Below, piece by piece: positions 7,179-17,112 of a stretch of DNA of 64,000 bases. Position numbers and translations under genes: made by a program. Origin of the DNA: Fibrobacteria bacterium (lineage in GTDB: Bacteria > Fibrobacterota > Fibrobacteria > UBA11236); assembly GCA_043732185.1 (NCBI GenBank), contig JAYTHY010000023.1:32001-96000 (forward strand), written 5' to 3'. The notes under the pieces were generated by a model, which was not told the origin of the DNA, ran no database searches, and was given only the letters and a program-made list of their open reading frames with translations. Each line of letters starts with the position of its first letter. Within the stretch, counting starts at the first letter, position 1.

Positions 7179-9331
7179 ATCAACAACCGATCAAACCCCA
7201 AAGAGAATTAGCATTTGGGGATTATTTTAGAATCCTGGTTAAAAACAAGTACATCATCCTATTCACAGTTACCGCTTTTATTGGACCAACTTGGTGGTTT
7301 CTAAAGCTACTCCCTGCAGTTTATACCACCAGTAGCCAAATGGTCATGGACGAAAAATCCAACGGGTCCGCAAGCTTGTTAATGGAAAGTCCAACAAACC
7401 AAAAGGACATAGGGTATTATCGAGCACTATTGCAAAGCACCGCCTTCCAGGATCGGATTATTCAAGCTGTGACTCCGGAATTGGTTAAAGCTGGTATCAC
7501 CAAAGATTTACGAACATTTGTTGGAGAACATTTGTATTTGAGCGAAGGTAGTGTGCCTTCCTTTATTTCATTGAACTCCAAAACTAATTCGGTTGATCTG
7601 ACATACGCTTTGGTGCAAAGGGCTACAGATAGTTTGATGGTTTTCAGCCGCAAGGTGGAAAATGAAGAGTCTGAAAAAGCAATCAGCGCCATAAAAGAAC
7701 AAATCGATGTATGCGTAAAAAAACGTGAAGAAATCCAATTGGAACGGACCAAAAAGACTGGGATTTCCCAACTGAACAGTCTTGGCGATGCTGCGGGCCT
7801 GACTGCTCTGGAAAAAAACTATCAGGACGAACTTGTGAAAGTGGAGTTGGACAAAGCCAACCTGGAAGCCAAACGAAGTTATTTTCAATCCCTGGACAAT
7901 TCCATCAATGCTTCCCGCAATGCGGGAAAAGATACTGCGACAGAAAGTCTTAAGGCACAAATGAAAATTCTTGAAAAGGAAAAAGAAAAAATGTTGAGGC
8001 TTGGACTAGCCTTGACTCCCGATAACAAGGTCGTTAAGGAAATACAGTCCCTTGAAGAAAGACTCGCCAAACTTAGCAGAAACAACGACAACCAACAGGA
8101 TATTAATCAGTTTAAGGAATGGCAGGTGCTACGCAAGGAAATTTCCAGTAATGAAGGTGAAATGAAACTGAAACGCGCACGGTTGGACGCATTCAAACGC
8201 GCCATTGTCAATTACCGTGAAGGACATCCTGACCTAGGTAAGCATGAGTTTGAGATTTCTCAATTGGATAATTTACTCACACGCTATATCGCCACCAACC
8301 AAAGACTTTCAGAGCGACTTGAAGACATGGTCATTCAGGTGCAATCCAAATCGGGCGGCCTTAAATTGGTCGATGCCGCCCAAGTTCCGGTGGATCCTAT
8401 TCCCCGTCGGGATATCATTTTCTATTTGGTTGCACTGATTGTGGGTTTGGCTATTGGCGTTGGCATAAGCATCCTTCGAGAATTTATGGATGACACGGTC
8501 AAGTCCCCGGATGATGTGGAAAAGCAGTTGGGCCTGACTTTACTTGGAACCATTCCGCATATTGTCGCGAAGAAAGAGGATTTAGAGGTGAAGCGTTCCT
8601 ACGCCAAAGGAAAAAAAGCGCAGATTCGAAACAAATATCCGGAGTTAGTTCTTGGCCCTGGTAATGAAGAAAGCGTGGTGGCAGAAGCTTACCGGTCTTT
8701 GCGAACAAACATTGTCTTTTCGAGCCCAGATAAGGCTATCCAAACCTTGCTGATTACTAGCAGCGGACCTGGCGAAGGTAAGTCCCTGACCATGGCGAAT
8801 ACTGCCTTGTCCTTCGCTCAACAGGGTGAACCGACTTTAGTCATCGATACAGATCTGCGCCGTCCCGTCGATCACCATCTTTTTGGGTTTGATCGTGGGC
8901 CGGGATTTGGAGAGCTTTTTGCAGGCACCAATACCATGGACGAAGTGTGCCGTGCTGTCGAAGGAACAAACCTAAAAATAATGACGGCCGGCGCCTATAT
9001 GCCCAATCCGGCCGAGCTTCTTGGATCCAAAAAAATGGACACCTTCCTGGTAGAACTTAAAAAACGCTTCCGTTATATTTTGTTTGACACGCCTCCGGTC
9101 ATTGCCGTAACGGATGCCGCTATCTTGGCTACGAAATTGGATGGAGTGGTGTTGGTCATCCGGGCTAATAAAACAAGCTTAGGCGTTACAATGCGGACGT
9201 TGCAAACCTTACGAAACGTCAATGCCAAGATGTTGGGCTGCATTCTCAATGACGTTGACATCACCAAGGGCTCCTCGTCTTATGGTTATTACAAACATTA
9301 CTACCACTACTATTTAGCCAAAAAGGATTGA
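7175..9331 (+). CDS. wzc: Polysaccharide co-polymerase / BY tyrosine kinase
   Basis: Two TMs around a coiled-coil periplasmic region, EAYRSLRTN, Walker A GPGEGKS, IDTDLRRP, FDTPP, C-terminal Tyr cluster YGYYKHYYHYY. Confidence 0.95.
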   Translation: MNQQPIKPQRELAFGDYFRILVKNKYIILFTVTAFIGPTWWFLKLLPAVYTTSSQMVMDEKSNGSASLLMESPTNQKDIGYYRALLQSTAFQDRIIQAVTPELVKAGITKDLRTFVGEHLYLSEGSVPSFISLNSKTNSVDLTYALVQRATDSLMVFSRKVENEESEKAISAIKEQIDVCVKKREEIQLERTKKTGISQLNSLGDAAGLTALEKNYQDELVKVELDKANLEAKRSYFQSLDNSINASRNAGKDTATESLKAQMKILEKEKEKMLRLGLALTPDNKVVKEIQSLEERLAKLSRNNDNQQDINQFKEWQVLRKEISSNEGEMKLKRARLDAFKRAIVNYREGHPDLGKHEFEISQLDNLLTRYIATNQRLSERLEDMVIQVQSKSGGLKLVDAAQVPVDPIPRRDIIFYLVALIVGLAIGVGISILREFMDDTVKSPDDVEKQLGLTLLGTIPHIVAKKEDLEVKRSYAKGKKAQIRNKYPELVLGPGNEESVVAEAYRSLRTNIVFSSPDKAIQTLLITSSGPGEGKSLTMANTALSFAQQGEPTLVIDTDLRRPVDHHLFGFDRGPGFGELFAGTNTMDEVCRAVEGTNLKIMTAGAYMPNPAELLGSKKMDTFLVELKKRFRYILFDTPPVIAVTDAAILATKLDGVVLVIRANKTSLGVTMRTLQTLRNVNAKMLGCILNDVDITKGSSSYGYYKHYYHYYLAKKD

Positions 9332-9347
9332 GCCTAGCCCTCCGCCT

Positions 9348-10970
9348 ATGTCCGATCTACGCCGGGTTGCCAGGAACATCGTACATTTCCTTTTTTCCCA
9401 TGTCGTATCATTTGTTTTGGGTATGGTGGCTTCAGTGGTTATGGCCCGCTCACTGGGACCTAACGATTTGGGTATTTTCCACCAGGTACAGTGGTTTGCT
9501 GGTACAGCTTCCGTCATCATTTCGATGGGTTTTATTACCGGAATAACCAAATTTACAGCCCAGTACCGAGCCGAAGGCCGCAACCGGGACATTGTAGCAA
9601 TGGTAAGATTCATTTTCAATATCGAGCTAGCGATTGCAGGAATTACCACAGTTGGATTGATGCTGCTAGCACCCCAAATCGCGGATCATTACTTCTCACC
9701 TGCTCAAACCAAATTATTCATGCTGGCTTTCATTGCAATTACTCCCGGAATCCAAACAGCAATATTTTCCGCGACCCTGGAAGGTGCCCAGATATTCCGA
9801 TACCAAACAGTTCATTCCCTGACTGTTACGCCCATCGCCCTTGGTACTAAAGTGTGGTTAATGTTGAACGGCTATGGACTGCTGTCCTTGTTCTGGATCA
9901 ACCTTATTTTCGCTCTGGTCAATCTCGTCTTCTTTTATTGGGCCGCCAAGCGGGAAGGCTTGCTACTGGGTTGGATGCGGGGGTGGAAAGGCGGAATAAT
10001 TTGGAAAACGGAATTACTGAAGTACAACAAATCCTCCATCGGCATCCATTTTGTAGACCTGGTGGTTTGGTCGCGATCGGAAAATTTTTTCTTAGGTCGA
10101 TTCTGTCCAGCTCCACAGATCGCCTATTACAATCTCGCGCACAACTTAATCGCAAAATTTACCGGCACTCTACCCAACCTCATGTGGCGCATTCTACTTC
10201 CCCTTTCAGCCGAACAACAGGGAAAATCCGATGGTGATCGAATGAAACGTACCTACCGCCATGCGCTGCGCTATGTTGGCTTCATTGCCTTTCCTACAGT
10301 TACAGCCTGCTATGTAGCCGCCTACGAGTTGATTATCATTTTTTATGGACATGCCTATGCCGAGGCAAAAACCTGTTTTCAAATTTTTTGCTTCGGCGCC
10401 CTGCTTGCCAACTTGGCGCAGCCTGGTTCGGCAGCGATATACGCTACAGATCGACAGGGGTTTATTTTGAAATATGGCGCGATTCTGGCCGTTCTGAATA
10501 TCTCCTTGGACCTTTGGCTCATTCCAAAATACGGGGCACCGGGCGCTGCTGCTTGTTACGGAATCACCACTTCACTAGGCGTTATCGGCGGCTTTGTGTT
10601 TACCACTCAAAAAATGAATCTCAGTATTCCTTGGACAGCCTGGATTAAGTCTGCCTCTGCGGCAACCCTGATGGGTATCCTTTTGGCCTACCTGCTAACC
10701 ATTCAATCATCGGCTTTTGATTTGTTTAAGCCCATGCAAGCATTGATGATGGAATGGACCGGGCATGATTTTGATATTCTCTTAAGCCCAAGGGCAGTGC
10801 GATTGCAATTCGCATGCGTGTTATCAGGTCTGGTCTATCTATGCATAGCTTTAGCACTTTTTAAACCACAAGAAGACGATCGAAAAATTTTGGCCGCCAT
10901 GCACCGGTTTCTACCCCGGCCATTAACATGGATCATACAGCGTAAACTTTCCGCTGTGAAAATGATTTGA
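9348..10970 (+). CDS. wzx: Wzx-type oligosaccharide flippase
   Basis: Multi-TM MOP family: ARSLGPNDLG, IAYYNLA, LIPKYGAPGAA. Confidence 0.88.
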   Translation: MSDLRRVARNIVHFLFSHVVSFVLGMVASVVMARSLGPNDLGIFHQVQWFAGTASVIISMGFITGITKFTAQYRAEGRNRDIVAMVRFIFNIELAIAGITTVGLMLLAPQIADHYFSPAQTKLFMLAFIAITPGIQTAIFSATLEGAQIFRYQTVHSLTVTPIALGTKVWLMLNGYGLLSLFWINLIFALVNLVFFYWAAKREGLLLGWMRGWKGGIIWKTELLKYNKSSIGIHFVDLVVWSRSENFFLGRFCPAPQIAYYNLAHNLIAKFTGTLPNLMWRILLPLSAEQQGKSDGDRMKRTYRHALRYVGFIAFPTVTACYVAAYELIIIFYGHAYAEAKTCFQIFCFGALLANLAQPGSAAIYATDRQGFILKYGAILAVLNISLDLWLIPKYGAPGAAACYGITTSLGVIGGFVFTTQKMNLSIPWTAWIKSASAATLMGILLAYLLTIQSSAFDLFKPMQALMMEWTGHDFDILLSPRAVRLQFACVLSGLVYLCIALALFKPQEDDRKILAAMHRFLPRPLTWIIQRKLSAVKMI

Positions 10971-10971
10971 T

Positions 10972-12114
10972 ATGGAAGTCGTATTTATCGATTCGGAACC
11001 TCCAGGTCTTGCTGGCGGCGGCATCCGCACCTACTTATCCTTAACCATGCAGGCTTGCCGCGAGCGCGGTATAAACACCCGAATTTACACACATAATCCT
11101 CACGCATATCCAGGTGAAACCACTGTCTCCATTGGCCGCAAGGCCTTTTTTCCCAGGGTTATGCGTGGACTTGCGTACCGGTTACAGTATTCTGAAAATG
11201 TTTTATGGGAACATTCCTATTGGCTAGCACAAGAGCTTGAAAACTTCGACGGTCCAGAAAAGGTGTATGAGTTCGCGGATTTCCTTGGATATGGATTTTT
11301 CACATTACGCAATCCAGCCATGCGTCAGAGGACGTTTTTGCGCATCCATACACCAAATTTTTTAGTCGCGAAATCGAACCGGGGTCTCAAATCCATCTTG
11401 TCCAGTTGGCAATGTACATGGCGGGAAAAGGAATGCCTGCGAAAAGCCTACCGCATCACCGTGCCTTCTGCGGAATTTGTGAAAGAGAAGTTACCCTGGC
11501 TTAAGAATTGGAAGCATCTACCTAATCCCCTTCCTCTCAAAACGAGTGAATTGCGAGTACAAGACGCTCTTATACCCACGCGAATGCTTTACCTAGGGAG
11601 AGTGGAGCCTCGAAAAGGTGTGCTGCAACTGGTGCGAGCTTTCCTCATTCTGGCCGCAACGCAAAAGGAATTGAGTTTGACCTTGGTAGGGAGCCATGTC
11701 CCCGGCTCCTATTCACGCGAGGTGCAAGCGCTCATCGATTCGCAATCTCCGGAAATACGTAGTCGATTGACCTGGGAGCCACCTTGCCCTCCGGAGATGC
11801 GCCCTATGCTGTTTGCCCGCTTCCAAATATTGGTTGTCCCCTCACTTTGGGAAAACAGTCCTTATGTCTATTTCGAAGGTATGGCCGCTGGCCTGCTCTG
11901 CGTCGGCACCTCCACTGGTGAAATGAAAGCCGTGGTCCAGGTTACCGGAAATCCAACGGTGCAAATTGGTAGCTTGGATGATTGGGTACGGACCTTGGAA
12001 GCCGTGACCACTCGATCCCATCCGGAAGTGGTGATTGCCCAAAATGAATACTTGTGTTCCCGACGTGAAGATACACTCAATCGCCTCATCGATAATTATT
12101 TGGAAATGGGTTAG
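10972..12114 (+). CDS. Glycosyltransferase family 4
   Basis: GGGIRTY, YLGRVEPRKG, PSLWENSPYVYFEGMAAG (E-x7-E). Confidence 0.9.
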   Translation: MEVVFIDSEPPGLAGGGIRTYLSLTMQACRERGINTRIYTHNPHAYPGETTVSIGRKAFFPRVMRGLAYRLQYSENVLWEHSYWLAQELENFDGPEKVYEFADFLGYGFFTLRNPAMRQRTFLRIHTPNFLVAKSNRGLKSILSSWQCTWREKECLRKAYRITVPSAEFVKEKLPWLKNWKHLPNPLPLKTSELRVQDALIPTRMLYLGRVEPRKGVLQLVRAFLILAATQKELSLTLVGSHVPGSYSREVQALIDSQSPEIRSRLTWEPPCPPEMRPMLFARFQILVVPSLWENSPYVYFEGMAAGLLCVGTSTGEMKAVVQVTGNPTVQIGSLDDWVRTLEAVTTRSHPEVVIAQNEYLCSRREDTLNRLIDNYLEMG

Positions 12115-13346
12115 TGATGAAAATCGGGATACTTTCACGTGAATATCCTCCCCTAACTCATGTGGGTGGAATAGCCACCTTCTCAGCGGCAGCGGCCGCA
12201 TTACTTGCCAAGCAGGGGCATGAAGTCCATGTGGTTTGCAATGGAACCGAAAACAGCATTCAATCCGATGCGGGAATCACCGTGCACCGAGTTAAAATGC
12301 TTCCGCATCACTTTCCTATAGGCCGGTTTTACTACTGGTACCGCGCATTATATCGCAAACATCTTCCCAATTATTTGGAAGCTCTAACCTGGGCCAGAAC
12401 GGCCGCGAACTATTTATCAATCGCAGCTGCTCTAAACGGATTGGATGTATGGGAATATCCAGAAACGGCAGGAGAAGGGGCTTTCTTTCCCCGGTCAGCC
12501 AAAGGAAACCAAACCCGCTTGGTTTGCCGGATCCATACGGGCTGGCTGAATGGATATACGGCAAATCCGTTGGAACGAACCCTCCTGTTAAGGTTTCAAA
12601 AAAAATCCTGCATGCATGCCAATACGCTGGTTTCACCCAGCGCATACATGGCCAATAGTTACCTTCGAAATACCTTGGGTATATCCCATTCCGTCATCGT
12701 GAGTCGAAACCCTTTTTCACCTTGGAAAAACCCAATCGATTGGGAAAACAAGAGTCTCGATCACATGCTCTACGTGGGAAGGGTCGAATATCGAAAAGGA
12801 CTGCAAACTTTACTTAAGGCGCTTGATCTATTGGGTGAGGATGCCAAGGGCATTACTTTGCGAGTAGTTGGACATCTGCATCCTCCATCGAGAGAGCTGG
12901 ACCGCCAATCCATAGAGTATTTTAAAGAACATCTGGCTAAACAGGCCGGAAAAGAAAACTATACAATCGAATATGCCGGTCCGTCCGTGCATGGAGAAAT
13001 GCCAAGGCATTATGATTGGGCAGGAATACAAGTGATCCCATCCCTTATCGAAAACTACCCTTACGTGGCATTGGAGGGCCTTTCCAGGGGATGTTACTTA
13101 ATTGGAAGCAATGTCGGGGGAATACCCGAAATAATCGATCATGTGGGGCGTGGAATGCTGTTTGAACCTGAAAATAGCACACAGTTGGCTGAAAAAATAA
13201 GAGAATGTAGGCGTCGGAAGCGTGAAATTTCCGATGGTAGACGGGAGTCGGTGGAACAAATTCGCAACGAATTTGCGCCGGAAGCCTGTTACCAAAGGCT
13301 AATGGAAGTGTATGGCGCCGACCTTTCGCAGAGGACTCAAATTTAG
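12114..13346 (+). CDS. Glycosyltransferase family 4
   Basis: SREYPP..GGIAT, YVGRVEYRKG, PSLIENYPYVALEGL, SNVGGIPE. Confidence 0.92.
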   Translation: MMKIGILSREYPPLTHVGGIATFSAAAAALLAKQGHEVHVVCNGTENSIQSDAGITVHRVKMLPHHFPIGRFYYWYRALYRKHLPNYLEALTWARTAANYLSIAAALNGLDVWEYPETAGEGAFFPRSAKGNQTRLVCRIHTGWLNGYTANPLERTLLLRFQKKSCMHANTLVSPSAYMANSYLRNTLGISHSVIVSRNPFSPWKNPIDWENKSLDHMLYVGRVEYRKGLQTLLKALDLLGEDAKGITLRVVGHLHPPSRELDRQSIEYFKEHLAKQAGKENYTIEYAGPSVHGEMPRHYDWAGIQVIPSLIENYPYVALEGLSRGCYLIGSNVGGIPEIIDHVGRGMLFEPENSTQLAEKIRECRRRKREISDGRRESVEQIRNEFAPEACYQRLMEVYGADLSQRTQI

Positions 13347-13947
13347 GATTTATATAATCCTGAAACGCCTTATCGATATCATCGGTTCACTAATAGGATT
13401 GATGGTCCTTTTCCTCGGCTTTTTTTTAATTGTTGTCTGTATCAAGCTGGACTCCCGTGGACCCATTTTCTTTCTACAAACTCGCGTAGGTCAATATGGA
13501 CATCGTTTCAAGTTCATAAAATTCCGAACTATGCGCGTGGGCGCGCATATTAAACAATGGGAAATCGACAGTCTTAATGAATCAGGTGGCCTAACTTTTA
13601 AGATGCAAAACGATCCAAGAGTGACGAGGGTTGGGCAACTGCTGAGACGCACAAGCATCGATGAAATGCCGCAATTTTGGAACGTACTGAGAGGACAAAT
13701 GTCCCTGGTTGGACCGCGTCCTGCACTATTGGGTGAAGTCAACCGCTACAACGACATTCAAAAAGTACGCATGACCGTACCCCAGGGCATGACAGGACTA
13801 TGGCAAGTGAGGGGCCGGTCCAATCTCAAGTTCGATCAAATGGTTGATTTGGACGTTTACTATGCTCTTCATCCTAGTTTGCGAATGGATTTAAAAATTC
13901 TCATGGCCACCTTGCCGGCCGTCTTTTTGGGGAGAGGTGCCGTTTGA
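13312..13947 (+). CDS. Priming (undecaprenyl-phosphate) phosphoglycosyl transferase, short monotopic form
   Basis: KRLIDI, KFRTM, DPRVTRVG..LRRTSIDEMPQ..NVLRGQMSLVGPRP, GMTGLWQV, LDVYY. Confidence 0.95.
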   Translation: MAPTFRRGLKFRIYIILKRLIDIIGSLIGLMVLFLGFFLIVVCIKLDSRGPIFFLQTRVGQYGHRFKFIKFRTMRVGAHIKQWEIDSLNESGGLTFKMQNDPRVTRVGQLLRRTSIDEMPQFWNVLRGQMSLVGPRPALLGEVNRYNDIQKVRMTVPQGMTGLWQVRGRSNLKFDQMVDLDVYYALHPSLRMDLKILMATLPAVFLGRGAV

Positions 13948-14894
13948 TCCTTTCCGATTCTCCCAGGAAGAAAATCAGTTTGGCCCTAGTCACTTATAAT
14001 CAAGCAGACTTATTACAACTTTACCTGAATAAATATTTGCAAGACGGTTCCGATATAGTTGACCTCACTATTATTGATGATGGTTCCGATGATGAAACGG
14101 AAACCATTCTGCGTACCTTAGCCCAGGATCTGCCGGTCCACATCCATCGCATTCCGCACGGCTCTATCGCTCAGGCCCGCAACCATGCGCTGCGTCACAC
14201 CCCCACTCCATGGTTGGCGTTCTCGGATACCGATTGTCAATTGAATCGCCGCTATTTTGAAACGGTACTGACGATTCCGGATCGGTTTGATGGCTATGCA
14301 GGAGTGGAAGGGGCCGTTTTTCCTCCACCTGGACCGAAACCGCCTTTTACCCATTCCCTTTCCAATCCCACCGGAGGAACTTTTGCAACCGCAAACATGG
14401 TTTTTCATGTTCCGAGCATTCTAGGCCTGGGAGGGTTCGATCCTGAATTCAAAAATTTCCGCGAGGACGCGGATCTTGCTCTTACGATTATCGAACGCTA
14501 CGGCATCATTCCTTTTTGTCCTGAATTGTCCGTTGAACATCCTCACCTACCACGGAATTTCGGCCAATCGTTGTGTCGAGCTCTGACTTCACAATCCCAA
14601 ATTATTCGCTCTGAAATTCGGCTTTTTGAAAAGCACCCACGAGAATATGGCAGACTGCGTCATCATGACCATCTCCATGGCACCTTGCGGGCATGGATAT
14701 TGAATTACTCTATAGCCTGCCTGAAAGAGGGCGTTCAGTATCTATTTAAGAGTCCTAATTTGTCCGCTCTCCAACGCTTACAAGGTACGATTCCGGCATG
14801 CTTAGCCTTAGTCGTGGCCATATGGGAACAGTTTTGTGTGAGTGCTTGCTGCATGGTGCAATTGCCTAAACTGGTGAAAGCAAAATCCTCGTGA
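13944..14894 (+). CDS. Glycosyltransferase family 2
   Basis: VTYN, IIDDGSDD, ARNHAL, FSDTD (DxD), GGFD..EDADL. Confidence 0.9.
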   Translation: MILSDSPRKKISLALVTYNQADLLQLYLNKYLQDGSDIVDLTIIDDGSDDETETILRTLAQDLPVHIHRIPHGSIAQARNHALRHTPTPWLAFSDTDCQLNRRYFETVLTIPDRFDGYAGVEGAVFPPPGPKPPFTHSLSNPTGGTFATANMVFHVPSILGLGGFDPEFKNFREDADLALTIIERYGIIPFCPELSVEHPHLPRNFGQSLCRALTSQSQIIRSEIRLFEKHPREYGRLRHHDHLHGTLRAWILNYSIACLKEGVQYLFKSPNLSALQRLQGTIPACLALVVAIWEQFCVSACCMVQLPKLVKAKSS

Positions 14895-16033
14895 AAACGC
14901 TCATTCTCTGGTCTGGTGCTGTGGTTCCCGCCTACAGAGAATTTTTTCAGGATCTGGCGAAGTACATGCATGTACGGGCCCTGGCGCCAAAACGATGGAC
15001 CCATGGATCCATTGCATTCCAAAGGCCATCTAAAACGGATCCCGAAATTAAATCTCAAGACTCCGACTTCACCTCCAATCCTAAATGTGAAATCGTACCA
15101 GCCACCTATTATCCGGAGGCCAGCGCCAGATATTTTGTTCCTTCACTTATTTTTCACCTATGGGGGTTTCGTCCCCGTTACCTTTATATCATGGATGAAA
15201 TGGACCGGATCAGCCTGACCTGGCATGCCTTGATCGCCAAGATTGCGTGGCCGAGAGTTAAAATCATTAGTTACTCGCTGCAAAACCTGGCAGAGCCCTC
15301 TTACTACCGTTGGCACCACCGACTCGCAATACACCTAAACCATAAACTAGTTTACCGGGGTATCGCCGCCTCCCGGGAAGCGCAAAAGGTTATGCGTGAA
15401 CATGGATTCCAGGGGCCCACTTGTGTTATTCCCCTATGGGGCGCGGAATCCTTCTTTCATCCCTGTGAACGCTCGCTCGCACAAACATATCGAAAAAGTT
15501 TGGGCATTCCTGATGACGCCATTGTCCTCTTGTTTTGTGGTAGCCTCGTCCCAGCCAAAGGATTGCAATTGCTGCTGGAAACCTTGCCCCATCACCCGCA
15601 TATTAAGTTGCTGACTGCAGGACTTGGTCCAATGGAGGACCTTCTACGAAAAGGTTTAGGCCAACAGTACGTGCCAATGGGCAGGTTGGAAGGAGAGGCG
15701 CTCAGGCGGTTTTACCAATCCGGCGATTACATCATCCTTCCCTCCCTTACCCTTCCCCATTGGAAGGAACAGGTGGGACGATCCTTAATCGAAGGTATTC
15801 TCTGTAATTGCGTTGCGCTCGGCAGTGACTCCGGGCACATTCCTGAACTTACCTTATTTCCGGAAACCACGTTCGCTGAGGGCAATTCCCAATCCCTCGA
15901 TAAGCTACTCGAAAGCCTCCCTCTATCAAATGCCCATTCCATACTGCTGGCCCAACTTCAAAATGTCAAAGAGCACTTCACATCATCGGCCGTAGCATTG
16001 CTCACGCATAAATTCCTTGCGGACGTAACATGA
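14891..16033 (+). CDS. Glycosyltransferase family 4
   Basis: CGSLVPAKG, LPSLTLPHWKEQVGRSLIEG, SDSGHIPE. Confidence 0.88.
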   Translation: MKTLILWSGAVVPAYREFFQDLAKYMHVRALAPKRWTHGSIAFQRPSKTDPEIKSQDSDFTSNPKCEIVPATYYPEASARYFVPSLIFHLWGFRPRYLYIMDEMDRISLTWHALIAKIAWPRVKIISYSLQNLAEPSYYRWHHRLAIHLNHKLVYRGIAASREAQKVMREHGFQGPTCVIPLWGAESFFHPCERSLAQTYRKSLGIPDDAIVLLFCGSLVPAKGLQLLLETLPHHPHIKLLTAGLGPMEDLLRKGLGQQYVPMGRLEGEALRRFYQSGDYIILPSLTLPHWKEQVGRSLIEGILCNCVALGSDSGHIPELTLFPETTFAEGNSQSLDKLLESLPLSNAHSILLAQLQNVKEHFTSSAVALLTHKFLADVT

Positions 16034-17112
16034 AATTGCTTTTTCTGCACCGCGATCTCCCCCCGGATAGTTTCACAGGTGTCGCCATACAGGTACACCG
16101 TCTGGCTAATGCTCTTACTGATTTGGGACATGATGTTTTCGTATATACGCACAGCCTGAAGACTCGAGAGGCGCGATATAACGTACTTCCAATTGCACTA
16201 CCGGGCCTTAAGGTGGCGGTCCAATTCCTACCTTTTCTAAAACGCCTCTGGTATCCCCTATGGTACCCTAAGCTATCAATGCAGGGATATGATGCCATTC
16301 ATATCCACGGCGACGGGGGATTTATCCAGTACCGCGGAAATCATCTGCGAACATTTTATGGTACAGCCGCACTGGAATACCTGCATGCTCGAAATATAAA
16401 AGGGAAATTGGCGCAAGGGTTATCTTACTGGTTGGAGAAACGCGAGGCGCGTCGTTGCCGGCTGACAGTCGGAATTTCCCCACATGTGGCTGCCCACTTA
16501 CCAGGTGTAGATCGAGTCATACCTTGCATGTTACCCTGTGAACCTGATGAAACGTCCTTTCCGAAAACACCCACTCCCAGCCTACTATACATTGGATCAC
16601 TCAAGTCCAGGAAGCGTGGTGAAATGGCGCTTGAGTTATTTCGCAACCTGAAACCGAAATTCCCGCAATTGACACTGACTTACGTTGGTCCATTGCAGGA
16701 TAGGCATTTCATAAAAGACCAAGCGGAATATCAAGGTGTGGAATTTCGCTCCAGGTTGGATCAGGAGGAGCTGACTGCATTGTACCGTCGAAGTTGGGTG
16801 TATTTGTGCCTCTCCAGTTATGAGGGTTTTGGAGTTGGAATCATAGAAGCCATGGCCTTTTCTTGTCCGGTAATTACAGTACCACATCCTGGCAGTGAAT
16901 ACCTGGTCAAGAATGGCGAAACTGGGATAATGTCTCCTTTGGAATCTCTGCCAGCAGTCCTGGAAGAAATTTTAACAAACGAATCGGCACGAAATGAAAT
17001 CAGTAAGCGAGCCCGTGATTTCTCTCGACGCTTTTCGCCTAAGACTGTTGCATCCACTTATGTCGAACTTTACCGTGTAGCTTGCGCGCGAACAGGAGGG
17101 GTGACAAGGTGA
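16030..17112 (+). CDS. Glycosyltransferase family 4
   Basis: GHDVFV, RKRG, SSYEGFGVGIIEAMA, VKNGETG. Confidence 0.92.
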   Translation: MKLLFLHRDLPPDSFTGVAIQVHRLANALTDLGHDVFVYTHSLKTREARYNVLPIALPGLKVAVQFLPFLKRLWYPLWYPKLSMQGYDAIHIHGDGGFIQYRGNHLRTFYGTAALEYLHARNIKGKLAQGLSYWLEKREARRCRLTVGISPHVAAHLPGVDRVIPCMLPCEPDETSFPKTPTPSLLYIGSLKSRKRGEMALELFRNLKPKFPQLTLTYVGPLQDRHFIKDQAEYQGVEFRSRLDQEELTALYRRSWVYLCLSSYEGFGVGIIEAMAFSCPVITVPHPGSEYLVKNGETGIMSPLESLPAVLEEILTNESARNEISKRARDFSRRFSPKTVASTYVELYRVACARTGGVTR